Below, piece by piece: positions 23,451 to 33,886 of a stretch of DNA of 64,000 nucleotides (the first letter of the stretch is position 1; each line of letters starts with the position of its first letter). The notes under the pieces are model-generated. The model was given only the letters and a program-made list of their open reading frames with translations. It ran no database searches and was not told where the DNA came from. The translations under genes and the position numbers were made by a program. This stretch comes from an uncultured Planctomycetaceae bacterium (GTDB taxonomy: Bacteria > Planctomycetota > Planctomycetia > Planctomycetales > Planctomycetaceae). The DNA is taken from assembly GCA_963813715.1 (NCBI GenBank), contig CAWFAK010000007.1, positions 800,001-864,000 of the forward strand, given 5' to 3'.

Positions 23451-24620
23451 GTGCGCCTTTCCAAACCGCCACTTCTTCTAATGACAGTGATCAGCCTAAC
23501 GTCTGCTTCGACGCCCATTCTAGCCCGCGGGCCGAGCGGGCAGTCGAAAAAGGGATCGACCCAAGCGAGCAAGGCCGCACAGGGGACGTCTCACCACCAG
23601 GCCAATTCGTCTTCCACTTCGACTTCGACAAAGGCTGGTTCAATCACAATTCTGAACACCGGCAAGGGACGCAGTGGCTTTGTCCCTGTCAGCCATTTGG
23701 AGAACACCCCTGTCGGTACCAGCGGCCAAGCTGGTGGCACGACGGGCACGGGTGGAACTCGCGGCACGACTGGAACCGGTGGCACGACAGGCACGGGCGG
23801 AACCGAAGGCAATACGGGAAAGGGCGGCGGCACGCTACTCAACGGCATCAACGGCATCTTTGGCGGCACGGCTGGGACCGGCACAACGGGTTCCGGCAAG
23901 GGTGGAACCGGCACTACGGGAACGGGTGGAACCGGTACCACGGGTGGGACGGGGGGCACGACGGGCACGGGTGGAACTGGAGGCACTACGATTGGAACCG
24001 GGGGTAAGGGCGGAGACGGCACCCTCGGCGGTACGACCAACGCAAACCCCAACGGCGGCAACCCCGGAGGGGGCTCGAGCGGCACTGGCACTAGCGGGAC
24101 CGGCACTGGCACTGGTGGGACCGGGACCGGCACGACGGGAACTGGCACGGGCGGCACCGGTACGACTGGCACTGGCACAACCGGAACCGGCACGACCGGA
24201 ACTGGCACGACCAATCGTCCTCCGATGCACTCCGGCAATGGCTATCCGGTTGGATGGGGAGTTCCGGCTCCTGTCGGCGCGACTTCGACTGCCGGCGTTG
24301 TCTCGACCACAGCCGATCCAGTCGCTGTTCCCGCCAATACGGCGGTTGCCGATGACGCGGCCAGCCTGACGACCGTGCCTGCAGGCGCGACCATCAAGGT
24401 GGACGCTCAGAATCTCGGCTCGCAGCCCGGCCGCGTTAGCATCGTGGTGGGCAACTTGGCGCTTCCCGGCGTCGTCGCGAACTGGAGCGACAATGCAGTC
24501 AACATCACGTTGCCCTCCGTCGAAGTGAGCGGACCGGTGCGAGCCAAAATCGTCGTGCGGCGTGCCGATGGCTCCGTCGCTATCGAGACGCCGTTCGAAT
24601 TGGCGGCCGACACTCACTGA
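23451..24620 (+). CDS. Secreted Gly/Thr-rich low-complexity protein with C-terminal Ig-like (IPT/TIG-like) domain
   Basis: Signal-like N-terminus, (GTTGTG)n tracts, C-terminal GATIKVDAQNLGSQPGRV...ANWSDNAVNITLP. Confidence 0.65.
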   Translation: MRLSKPPLLLMTVISLTSASTPILARGPSGQSKKGSTQASKAAQGTSHHQANSSSTSTSTKAGSITILNTGKGRSGFVPVSHLENTPVGTSGQAGGTTGTGGTRGTTGTGGTTGTGGTEGNTGKGGGTLLNGINGIFGGTAGTGTTGSGKGGTGTTGTGGTGTTGGTGGTTGTGGTGGTTIGTGGKGGDGTLGGTTNANPNGGNPGGGSSGTGTSGTGTGTGGTGTGTTGTGTGGTGTTGTGTTGTGTTGTGTTNRPPMHSGNGYPVGWGVPAPVGATSTAGVVSTTADPVAVPANTAVADDAASLTTVPAGATIKVDAQNLGSQPGRVSIVVGNLALPGVVANWSDNAVNITLPSVEVSGPVRAKIVVRRADGSVAIETPFELAADTH

Positions 24621-24766
24621 GAATCTCGACCGTGACGAGCCTTGCTCGCCCGACCAAAGTCATCACGGCTGAGAGGTCCAACCGGGGCCTCTCGGCCGTT
24701 CGTTTTTCTCCATTCGTGGCAATCTCGCAACCGCAACCGCCGAGCCGGAAATCTATGATTTTTTTT

Positions 24767-24793
24767 CAACAGGTTGTGCCGCCGGCGTCGCAT
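24767..24793 (+). promoter_or_regulatory. Putative ECF promoter motif (divergent copy)
   Basis: T-tract-caacaggttg-N12-cgcat upstream of the S53 peptidase ATG at 24889. Confidence 0.45.
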
Positions 24794-24888
24794 GGCAGAG
24801 GGTGACTCTGGCAGACTTTGTGCAGATCGAAGCCCGGCTGCCCGGTCCGATCGTCGCGGGTCATGTCCTCCGCAGCAGGAGATCGGCA

Positions 24889-27452
24889 ATGCGTTTCAAT
24901 CCACTCGAACGGTGGTACCGGCAGGTCATTTCCCGACAACGCAAATCAGCAAAGCGATTGCGGCGGGCGACACTCGGCCAGCAGCTCGAACGTTTGGAGG
25001 ATCGCGCGCTGCTTTCCGCTATCACTCCGGCGGAAATGCGTCAGGCGTACGGCATCGACCAGGTGAAGTTTGGCGCCGCAGGGATCCCGGGCAACGGAGC
25101 CGGGCAAACAATCGGCATTATCGAGATCGGCACTGACGCTTCGCTCGTCTCGGATCTGCAATATTTCGACCAGCAACTCTTTGGTGCGGGGGCAACTGGC
25201 GCAGTTGCTCGACACCTTCGGCAGTTATGCTGGCCCAGTGTCCGGATCGACGAAGCCCTGGTTCGACACGATTCAGGACCCGAGTTTTCCCCCGTCGGTG
25301 GGAACGGCCAAACAGGATCTGGAGGCCGCGCTCGACGTCGAATGGGCGCATGTCATCGCACCGATGGCCAACATCGTGGTGGTGCAGACCGCCAGCAATC
25401 AGTCGGGCGCCGCGTACGTCGCTTCTCAAACGCAGCTCGGCGTCTCCACCGTGGCGAGCAGCTACTATCTCTTTCCCAATCTGAATCCGGCGAATTACTC
25501 GCAGCCGAACGTGGCCTTCGTCGGGATCACGGGAGACACGGGCACGTCGATCAATTCGCAGCAGGTGGGCTTCACGCTCAACAATTTCCCAGCATCCTCG
25601 CCCGCCATTATTGCCGTGGGTGGCACGACGCTGACCCTCAACGCGGATGGCTCGTATGGTTCCGAAACCGGCTGGGGCTTCGCCGGACCGGACCGATTCC
25701 TCACGGCCGATCAGGCGTATATCGCGCCCGGATATTGGAACGCCGTCTCGGGCGGCTTTAGTGGCACCTATTACACGTCGCCCGGACCCAGCGGCAGCAC
25801 CTCCACCGTCTGGTCAACGACGATCACATCCAGCGATGTGTTGGGGAAGAACGACAGCGGCCTCGAGCTTTCAGCGACCTGGACCCCCAGCCCGAGTAAC
25901 GCCGACAACGCCCAATACGAGATCTATGACGACGGCACGCTTGTCGACACGGTCACGGTCAATCAGCAACTGGCGCCAAACGGAACGCCCGGCACGCTCA
26001 ACTCACGTACCGCAACGTTTCAGGAGTTGGCCGCCCTCACGAAGGTCTCCGTGGGCGACACGATCCAGATCGTCGTACCCGCGCAGAATGCCGATGGCTC
26101 CGTGGTCATCGACGCGATCGGGCTCGGCCCCGACGACGCCAGCGGCGGCGGGCTGTCTAACAATCCTCAACCCAGCTTTCAAAACGGCCTCGTGATTCAC
26201 GACGGCAACACCGTCATTTCCAGCAACGGCACGCGGGCCACGCCCGACGTCGCCTTCGACGGCGACTACGTCAACAGCCCGGTGGAGATTTACAACCAGG
26301 GCGCGGTCCAACTCGGCGCCGGCACAAGCTTGGGAGCACCCGCTTGGGCAGCGTTGCTCGCCATCGCTGACCAGGGATTGGCTCTGTCCGGCCAACCGGC
26401 GATGAGCACGGCAACTGCGCTCGCCGGGCTCTACAGCCTGCCGTCCTCCGATTTCCACGACGAGACCAGTGGCTACAACGGCTATTCGGCCGGACCGGGC
26501 TATGACCTCGTTACAGGTTTGGGAAGTCCGGTCGCTAATCGGCTCATCCCCGACCTGGACAACGCGGCGTTAAACATCCATTCGCCAGCGATTACCAACA
26601 CACCCGCGACCTCACCCGCGATTCTCGATACGCCTTACTCGTTTCAATATATGACCACTGGTTCACCCGCGCCGACGTTCACGCTCGTGCCGGGGAGTCG
26701 CACTGCCCAGTGGATTCACGCTCAGCTCGGCGGGCCTTTTGTCCGGGGAAGACACAAACTTGGCCGATATTGGCCGGACCTTCACCGGCTCGGTCGATGC
26801 GGGCAACGGCATCGGCAACGACGCGATTCAGGCCTACAGCATCACGGTCAATGCGCCGGCGTCCCACCCGAGCGTGAAGATCGTGGCGCCGCTATCGGTC
26901 GTCCTGCCAGTGGAACCCGTCCCACTCCTCCTCTTGGCGAGCGACACGAACGCGACGGCTCGGGTCGCGTCCTTTCGCTTCGATATTTCGTACGGGGACG
27001 GCACAACGAACAAGGTGACGTCGAAGAGCCCGCTGCTGATCGCTCACATCTTCAAACACCCGGGCACTTACACGGTGACAGTCACGGCGAGCGACGAATA
27101 CTGCCACGTGAGCGCGCCGACGCGTGTGACGATAAAAGTGCTCTACCTGCCCTTTGGCCCGATTCCGTTCGACCCGAATCAACCCGCCATGATTGTAGGA
27201 GAAACGTCGAGCAGCCAGACGGCCACATTCTCGACCGCGGGATCGAGCGGGATCACCGTGACTTTGGCGGCCGAAGCCGGAACCGGCCAAACTGTCCCGC
27301 TCGTCGATTACGAGCAGGGAGTCAGCCCAGGACTCACCGCCGCGGCCGACCTGTTGGAGAACCCAATGGCCGACAATCCCCAATTCGAGCCAAATAGCGA
27401 CGCGATTCAGTGGGCTGCAGTGTCAGCCGCGGTGAATTTGCTTGCCATGTGA
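24889..27452 (+). CDS. S53 (sedolisin/kumamolisin-like) peptidase with LEPR-XLL-like N-terminus and PKD/Ig-like C-terminus, frameshifted
   Basis: LERLEDRALLS; EAALDVEW, TGDTG, AVGGT, PDVAF, GTSLGAP, GYDLVTGLGSP; H.FKHPGTYTVTVTASD. Confidence 0.85.
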
Positions 27453-27727
27453 CTTGGTAATGGGTGGTGGGTGCGAGTTGCGTTGCTAGGCGGCCGACTT
27501 CTCCCAATCCATGTGGAGTAAAACGACAATTATCCCAACGAGGACAGATGAGTTCGAGCGCGCCTGGCATTGCCGCGCGGGGCTCACGTTCGCGACGCGC
27601 TGGTACTGAGAGCGGCAGTGCCGAGACCCACTGCCGCTAATCCAATCCCGGTCCGCGGGACTCCGAATCAGAGCCCCGCTGGACCGCCACATCATCAAGT
27701 GACCCGATCGGTCCTCGCGTGCCGCCG

Positions 27728-28795
27728 TCACAAAGCCGAGCCTGCCAGCGCCGACTCGCTTCGACGTAAATTGACCGCACGGTCCGGTGCCGATAAGAAG
27801 TCCACGGCCATCGTCGACGCGGCGTGCGTCTCGACCGGCGGGAGCGGCCTCTGCCGCCGTAGCAGCGAGATGACGGCGGGAAGGCCGATCAGGCCCATCA
27901 CGACAATCACTCCTAGGGCGAACACCGCGATCGTGTCCGGGCTGACGTCCGACGGCAGGACTTTCGCGAGAGACGCATAGCCCACGACCGTCGCATTGTG
28001 AATCCCGTGCACCAGCATGCCCGGCTTGATCGAATTCGTTCGGTAGGCAAGTAACCCGGTGATCACACCCAGGGGCACCACCCCGAACATGTGGTGCACG
28101 GAGTCGAAATGCAGGAGCGCGAACAGCAGCGTCGAGACGCCGATGGCAACGGCCGGAGACCACCGTTGGAGAAGCCTCCGCTGCAAGTAACCGCGAAACA
28201 GGGCTTCTTCCACGAGTGCCGGCAGAATGCTCACGAGGATGCTCAGCAGGGTCACGGTGCGCCAAGAACCGTCGTTGATGGCGGCGCCGATCACGTTTTG
28301 CGTCGGAGCGGCGCGAGTCAGCAGGTGCGACAAGACCAAGAAGACCAACGAGGCCGAGAAGGTGAAGGCCGCCAGCGTGACGAGCTTGAGGCGCCCAAAG
28401 ACGCGGCCTGTTTGGGGCAGGAAGCCGAGTCGTTGTTTGATCGGCTCCTTCGAGCGCCGCGCGGCATACAGAAGGCCGGCGGCCATTCCGAGCTGAGCGG
28501 GGATCAAGCAAAGTAGCAGGGCCGGCACCGGCTGCTGAAGAATCTCTTGGATCCGCGTTTGAATCTGATCGCCGCCGGCCCCCTGCGCTCCCAGGACGAT
28601 GCCCATCCCGACCGCCACCGCCAGCAGCATTAGGATTGAGGCCATCTGGCCGGAGATCACGGCGAAAACCAGACCGGCAAAGGTCGTCCACACGCGCGGC
28701 TTGCCAATCTTCGGGCTAACGGCTGGCTCCGATTCACGAACGGGTTCACAAGTGTCGAAAACTCGGACCGGTTCAGAGGCGATTGTCGAGATCAT
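27728..28795 (-). CDS. CPBP (CAAX/Abi) intramembrane metalloprotease
   Basis: EEALFRG, FALLH, HGIHN motifs; multiple TM segments. Confidence 0.9.
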   Translation of the reverse strand: MISTIASEPVRVFDTCEPVRESEPAVSPKIGKPRVWTTFAGLVFAVISGQMASILMLLAVAVGMGIVLGAQGAGGDQIQTRIQEILQQPVPALLLCLIPAQLGMAAGLLYAARRSKEPIKQRLGFLPQTGRVFGRLKLVTLAAFTFSASLVFLVLSHLLTRAAPTQNVIGAAINDGSWRTVTLLSILVSILPALVEEALFRGYLQRRLLQRWSPAVAIGVSTLLFALLHFDSVHHMFGVVPLGVITGLLAYRTNSIKPGMLVHGIHNATVVGYASLAKVLPSDVSPDTIAVFALGVIVVMGLIGLPAVISLLRRQRPLPPVETHAASTMAVDFLSAPDRAVNLRRSESALAGSAL

Positions 28796-28878
28796 CGCAG
28801 GGGCTCCAGGAAAGTGTTTGGGTCGATCGCAGTCACAGCTACAAGGGATGGCTGCAATGTGCCTCCCGGCAGTCCCCT

Positions 28879-28903
28879 AGCGCACGAATCGCGCGTTTGT
28901 TAC
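28879..28903 (-). promoter_or_regulatory. Putative ECF promoter GTAACAAAC-N12-CGCT
   Basis: Identical architecture at 31086-31110. Confidence 0.55.
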
Positions 28904-28998
28904 GGAAACTCTTTGAAAAATCCCCAACAGTGCAGAAACGCCAAAGAGCGAGCCGCAGCTCTCGGCCGCGACTCGCTCCCGGGATCTTTGCCCTTGGC

Positions 28999-30999
28999 TT
29001 ACCCCTGCGCACGCACCAGTGCGACGTCGACTCCCAGGCTGGCAAAGAAGAGGGTCAGCTGGCTGTCTTTCATCTCGTACGGGAAGTAGGACACGCCCCC
29101 CTCATTCGACAAGACCAGGCTGCGGTCTCGGACCTTCCATTGTCCGGCTCCCTGCGTTTTCCGACTTTCCCCGGTCGCGGCTTGCACTTCAAACTCGAAT
29201 GTCATCGTGCCGTTCGCCTGAAGGTTTAGCGAGGCTCGAAGCGTTCGCCCATCTGGGCTCGCGTGACTTCCTTTCCAGCTTCCCACGAATGCCCAGGGGA
29301 CGGATCCTTCGCTAGATGATTCGTGCGAGTCCGTTGCGGCCGCGGCCCCTTTGTCTGGCTTGGCGGAGGCCGGAGCGGCCGGCTTTGCGACGGGCGCCGG
29401 CTTCGTGAACTGATAGCCCAAATCGGTCAAGTACGTGTCCGAGACTTTCGGCAGATCGATCGGCTGGATTCCGTTGCGACGCATCTGCAGCACGTCGACA
29501 AACGTCGCCAGGTCGGGCCGGTCTTTCAGTTGCTCGACCTCCTTCGTGCCGTACCTCACGGCTTCTTCAAAGCTCATGCCGACGATCCCCGTCGCCTCGA
29601 TCGCCAGAATCCCCCCTTGCGGCAATCGGACAACGGGGAAACAGTGACCCTTGGTGATGACCAGCGCCGTCTGCAAGTTCACCGACTCACAAGCGCTGGC
29701 AAAGAAAATCGCCAGATCGATGCACGTTCCCGAATGATTCCGCAGAACGTCACGAGCGTATTTGATGTGCTGGCCGTTGGTGGCGCCGTTCACATAGGAC
29801 GGAGGAGTCTGGTAAGCGATGTGATTGGCAACCATCCAGTCGTAAAGCGTCTTGGCGAACTCGCTGGCACTTTCATTGCTGCCGGCGGCATTGTTGGCTC
29901 CGTTGGTGACGAGCCCGCTCACGCGGCCGACCAGCTGCTGCACGACCGGGTCGTTGGGACTGGTGAATGACGCCAGCACATAAGGGATGAACTCCGAAGC
30001 CTCCTGGAAGCTCGTGATTTCGCCCGGAGCGAGTCCCGTGAAGATCGTTTCGTTGTAACCCAACAGCTGCAGTTTCTTGGTGTCGGTTTCGACGACCAAC
30101 TGACCGTCGGCCTTCTTGTATTGATATTCGCACTCGAGACTCACCGTCCGCGATCCGGTCAACAGCCCGAGCTTTTCCAGGTCGAGCACCGGATAGAAGG
30201 GGTCGACGACGGTCTGCCCGGGATAGACCTTCGCGCTGTGCCGCCACGTGCTCCAATCGCTGAAGCCGGCGATGCGGAAGCGTGCGCGGTAATCGGTGAG
30301 CGTCGAATTTCCCGTGTTGTCGAAGCGGCTCTTGCCGACCCACAAAACGTCGAACGCCTCGTTGCTGTAGCATTTCGCGAGGCAGCCCATGATGGTGTCT
30401 TTGGCCTCGAGCTCGAACGTCGTGTCGGTCCGGCTGCCGTCAGTGACCTTCGGCGCGAAGTCGTAGCAGAAGGAGCTGCACTGCGCGTTGGTCTTCAAAT
30501 GACTGCCTCCCTCGGGCAGGACGACGCGTTCGATGAGATTCACGATGATTCCGGACGAGTTGATCGTCCCCTGAAAGATGGCCGAGCGATCGTGCGACTC
30601 GAGCATCTCGAGTGAGGCGTCTTTGTCCACCGGCACCATCCAGCGGTTTCCTTGTTCGACGCGGGCAAACCCGCGGACGTTGTACGTGATCTCCACGCGA
30701 TTTTTGACGTCGTTGAATTTTGCATCGGCATTTTCCAGGACTTCCCAGCCGCGCCCGACGCCAAACTTGCGGAGCATCAGAGCGACGTTGGGTGTATTGG
30801 TCTTCATCGCCGTATACACCACGGTCGGCGCGGTCATCGTCGAGTGAACCGTCGCGTTGCCGATCGAATCGATCTCGGTGGTTTCATCCACTTTGAGAAC
30901 GGCGGCGCTTTCTGCCTTGGCGGCGGCGCGCAAACACGTTCCCGTAATCACCAGCGTCAACGCGAGCAGCCAGCGGGCAGTAACGGATCGAGAAGCCAT
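28999..30999 (-). CDS. Secreted protein with transglutaminase-like (Cys-His-Glu) domain
   Basis: Signal peptide; SGTCIDLAIFFASACE...GHCFPVV...LAIEAT. Confidence 0.65.
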   Translation of the reverse strand: MASRSVTARWLLALTLVITGTCLRAAAKAESAAVLKVDETTEIDSIGNATVHSTMTAPTVVYTAMKTNTPNVALMLRKFGVGRGWEVLENADAKFNDVKNRVEITYNVRGFARVEQGNRWMVPVDKDASLEMLESHDRSAIFQGTINSSGIIVNLIERVVLPEGGSHLKTNAQCSSFCYDFAPKVTDGSRTDTTFELEAKDTIMGCLAKCYSNEAFDVLWVGKSRFDNTGNSTLTDYRARFRIAGFSDWSTWRHSAKVYPGQTVVDPFYPVLDLEKLGLLTGSRTVSLECEYQYKKADGQLVVETDTKKLQLLGYNETIFTGLAPGEITSFQEASEFIPYVLASFTSPNDPVVQQLVGRVSGLVTNGANNAAGSNESASEFAKTLYDWMVANHIAYQTPPSYVNGATNGQHIKYARDVLRNHSGTCIDLAIFFASACESVNLQTALVITKGHCFPVVRLPQGGILAIEATGIVGMSFEEAVRYGTKEVEQLKDRPDLATFVDVLQMRRNGIQPIDLPKVSDTYLTDLGYQFTKPAPVAKPAAPASAKPDKGAAAATDSHESSSEGSVPWAFVGSWKGSHASPDGRTLRASLNLQANGTMTFEFEVQAATGESRKTQGAGQWKVRDRSLVLSNEGGVSYFPYEMKDSQLTLFFASLGVDVALVRAQG

Positions 31000-31085
31000 A
31001 GAAGTGAACCTTTCCGATTGAGTGAGGCTTTGGGCCGGCAAAGGGTTTCTGTGATTGAGGCACGGTGGCCCGATCTGAAACGCCA

Positions 31086-31110
31086 AGCGTTGTCCGCGCC
31101 GGTTTGTTAC
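31086..31110 (-). promoter_or_regulatory. Putative ECF promoter GTAACAAAC-N12-CGCT
   Basis: Identical architecture at 28879-28903. Confidence 0.55.
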
Positions 31111-31268
31111 AGCCCGCCCGCAAACTTTTTTTGGATTCGGCTTTGGGTCGTGAATTACAGGCGCAGGTTAAACCTGCTTTTCGGTTCGCAAACCCAGTGT
31201 CTTCAAGGACTTGGCGCGCAATCGGCCGTTTCAGTCTTTGAGCCGAACTGGCGAAGCGTCGAACGCCC

Positions 31269-31805
31269 GTGGTGATGGGAATACTGCATCGACGAGTCGC
31301 CTTCTGGCCTCGACGCCTTCGCGGAGCCGTCATGCGCTCGGCGTTGCCTACGTCACCGGCACCTCCAAAAGCGTCAGTGACTCTTGGCTGCGACCCACCT
31401 TCGAGTAGCACAGCCTCGACGACCGGAACCACCTTGTCCTCTCTCAGCTTGTCCAAGATGTTGACCGGCCGGGCTTTGGCTGCCGATCCGTCAAAGCTCG
31501 AAAACTGGGTCCCTCCCTTTTTCAAATTTGCGAAGGGGCTTTTGGCGTATCGGCAGGGCCGCTTCAGCGAATCGGCGGACATCATGAAGGGCGATGCTGC
31601 CGGCGCTTTTGATCCAGCTCCGGGTCTAGTGCTCGCCATGGATCAGTTCTACATGGGCCAAAAGAGCGAAGCCCGAAAGAGCTTCGACAAAGCCCTCAAG
31701 AAATTCGATTGGCAACCGACCAAAGCTGATTTCCGCGAACCCTGGATGTATCACATCCTTCGACGCGAGGCGGGACGGCTTATCAAGCCGGGCGCGGTGC
31801 CGTAA
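31269..31805 (+). pseudogene. Orphan TPR-like C-terminal fragment, probably from a kinase gene
   Basis: GLLAYRQGRFSES...LVLAM..FYMGQKSEARKSFDKA...HILRREA; no kinase domain upstream. Confidence 0.55.
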
Positions 31806-32088
31806 CACCGCGGCGGATGGTCAAACTCGCTCCACTTTCGCGACCAGAGACGCCGGACGATTCTTTTGCTCGCCTTGGCGGAGGCGTTTCACCGAGGAGA
31901 TGATCCGCCGGTGGTCGAATCACTCAGCCTTGCCGCGGCCCTTTGATAGCAGCGAACCTTCATCACACGAACTCCTCCCGATCCCCGACCAGCGCGGCCT
32001 CGAACGAGGCGGTCCGAGACGCGAATCTCCATCGACGGAGCTGTGAGTTTCGTGCACAAAGACGCTAGGCGGACGGAATCTCCGGCGT

Positions 32089-32145
32089 ATTTCGCGAAAG
32101 TCATGCGTTTTCCGGTATCACCATCAAACGACCCATATCCGGGAG
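32089..32145 (+). repeat. res-like site, left-arm-only copy B1
   Basis: gaaagtcatgcgttttccgg, gacc 28 bp later, then catatccggga. Confidence 0.7.
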
Positions 32146-32257
32146 GGGACTGCCTCGAGCCTCACCGCGGTCGCCGTGGTCATCACGTACGGCGCTCAGC
32201 CAATACCGGCTGATCCGGTCGAACCGTTGATGCTCGAAGCGACGGGACGCATTCAAC

Positions 32258-32510
32258 GTATTGACGGAAGTCGCCACGCTCCGCATCGCCACCTTCAACT
32301 TCCATGCGTGTGTTGGACACGACGGAATCCGAGATCTTGGCCGCACAGCACTTGACTCAGGCAGGCGCACCACGAACTCGACCGAGGCGTGACCAATTCG
32401 CAACGCATTTCTCGAATCCGGTACCGTGCCGTGCTCCGGCCGCCAACTCGCAGCATTGTGGGCTAATCGGCGCGGTTCATACGACAGCTTCGGATCGCGA
32501 AGAAGCGCGA
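32258..32510 (+). pseudogene. Endonuclease/exonuclease/phosphatase (YbhP-like) remnant
   Basis: LRIATFNFHACVGHDGIRD resembles the EEP N-terminal motif; downstream part degraded. Confidence 0.45.
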
Positions 32511-32512
32511 CT

Positions 32513-33283
32513 TCAAGGTCTTTCAAGACGGTTGACGGCAGGCAACTGAACTTGCCTTGCTTGCCCTTTTTCCTCCGCGGTATCCGTACTTTCCGGCAAA
32601 ATTCTTGCGGGATTGCCGACAGCAACCACCTGTTCCGGAAGATCATGCAGGACCACTGCACCGGCGCCCACCGACGTCCTGGAGCCGATTGCGATACCCG
32701 GAAGAATCTGAGCACCAAGTCCGATGTGGCAAAGGGCGCCGATGCGAACCCCTCCCCCCGTGGTTGCGTTCGGTGCGACGTGCGCGAAATCGCCGATCGA
32801 TACGTCATGCTCAATAACAGCCGCCGTATTAATTATGGCACCTCGACCCACTTGCGAACCTGCGTTCAAGACTGCCTTGGCCAACACGACAGCCCCTTCG
32901 CCGATTACGGTAGAGGAAGCAATAGTCGCATCCGGATGAATGACTGTGAGCAATTGGATTCCGTTCTCGGTGCATTCCCGCCACAGACGCTGCCGATCGA
33001 ATTCCTTGCCAATGCCCAGCGCCACAGCGATCAGACGCGCTTCTGCTTCGCGAAAAAGCCAATCATGACCAGCGATGACGGGACGACCAAGTACACACGT
33101 GCCTTGAATCGCCTCATTGCAATCGATGAAACCGTCGATTTCGTCCGACACCATAAGGGACAATGCGTCGGCAACGACTTTCCCGTGGCCGCCGGCACCG
33201 ACAACAACAACTAACTCAGTGCCAGGACGCAGTACGCAGTGTGGTGAAATCATGGTAGAAGTCGCCCATTCAACAAAAATCAA
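32513..33283 (-). CDS. NeuD/PglD-family sugar O/N-acetyltransferase (hexapeptide repeats); start uncertain
   Basis: VVGAGGHGKVV, IHPDATI, INTAAVIEHD, VGAGAVV, VGNPAR. Confidence 0.9.
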   Translation of the reverse strand: MIFVEWATSTMISPHCVLRPGTELVVVVGAGGHGKVVADALSLMVSDEIDGFIDCNEAIQGTCVLGRPVIAGHDWLFREAEARLIAVALGIGKEFDRQRLWRECTENGIQLLTVIHPDATIASSTVIGEGAVVLAKAVLNAGSQVGRGAIINTAAVIEHDVSIGDFAHVAPNATTGGGVRIGALCHIGLGAQILPGIAIGSRTSVGAGAVVLHDLPEQVVAVGNPARILPESTDTAEEKGQARQVQLPAVNRLERP

Positions 33284-33540
33284 TTCAGCAAGTTGGCCCT
33301 GTTGCCGCCATGAAATTGATTTTCAGGAACGGCCACGCACTCTCAGGGTCGAGGGCATCGTCCGATGACTCGGAGGCTCTTTCAATGTGCTTGGGCAATT
33401 GCCGAAATAAAATGGCTCAATATTCATTATTGCGATAGTGCCTTAACCCTCCGCAAGAGGCAGTGCTCCCATGAAGGGCGAATATTCCTTGACCTGATCG
33501 GATCCGGACGCCAATGGTCTCCACAGAATAGAGGCCCCAG

Positions 33541-33664
33541 GCCTCTCGAAGAACTGCCTTGTCCAGCTCGGCGTCAGCCAGCAGCCGCTTTAACCGAGCG
33601 TTCTCCTTCTCCAGTCCTTCATCCGCTTGGCCTGGTCGATCGGAATGCCGCCGTTACTCCTTCC
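33541..33664 (-). mobile_element. IS3-family transposase OrfA remnant
   Basis: GGIPIDQAKRMK/LEKENARLKRLLADAELDKAVLREA leucine-zipper segment, frameshifted. Confidence 0.7.
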
Positions 33665-33886
33665 CGTCCGCGTCAAACTGCTCTAAAACTCGTCGCTCGA
33701 CCTCGCGACACCACGCCAATTGCGTGTCGTAATTGCGAGCGTGCGGCCAGGACGCCGTCCGCAGGCTATGCAGGGGGCGGGTTCGATAACCTACCGCTGA
33801 TTCGCCCGATCCGCAGCGAATGCCGACAGTAGAATGCCCTGGTCTGGAAAGACCGAGCCAATGCCTTGAGGATTCGAGGTCACACC

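Noticed and set aside
23591..24238. Pro/Val-rich minus-strand ORF
   Set aside because: Antisense shadow of the Gly/Thr repeat gene
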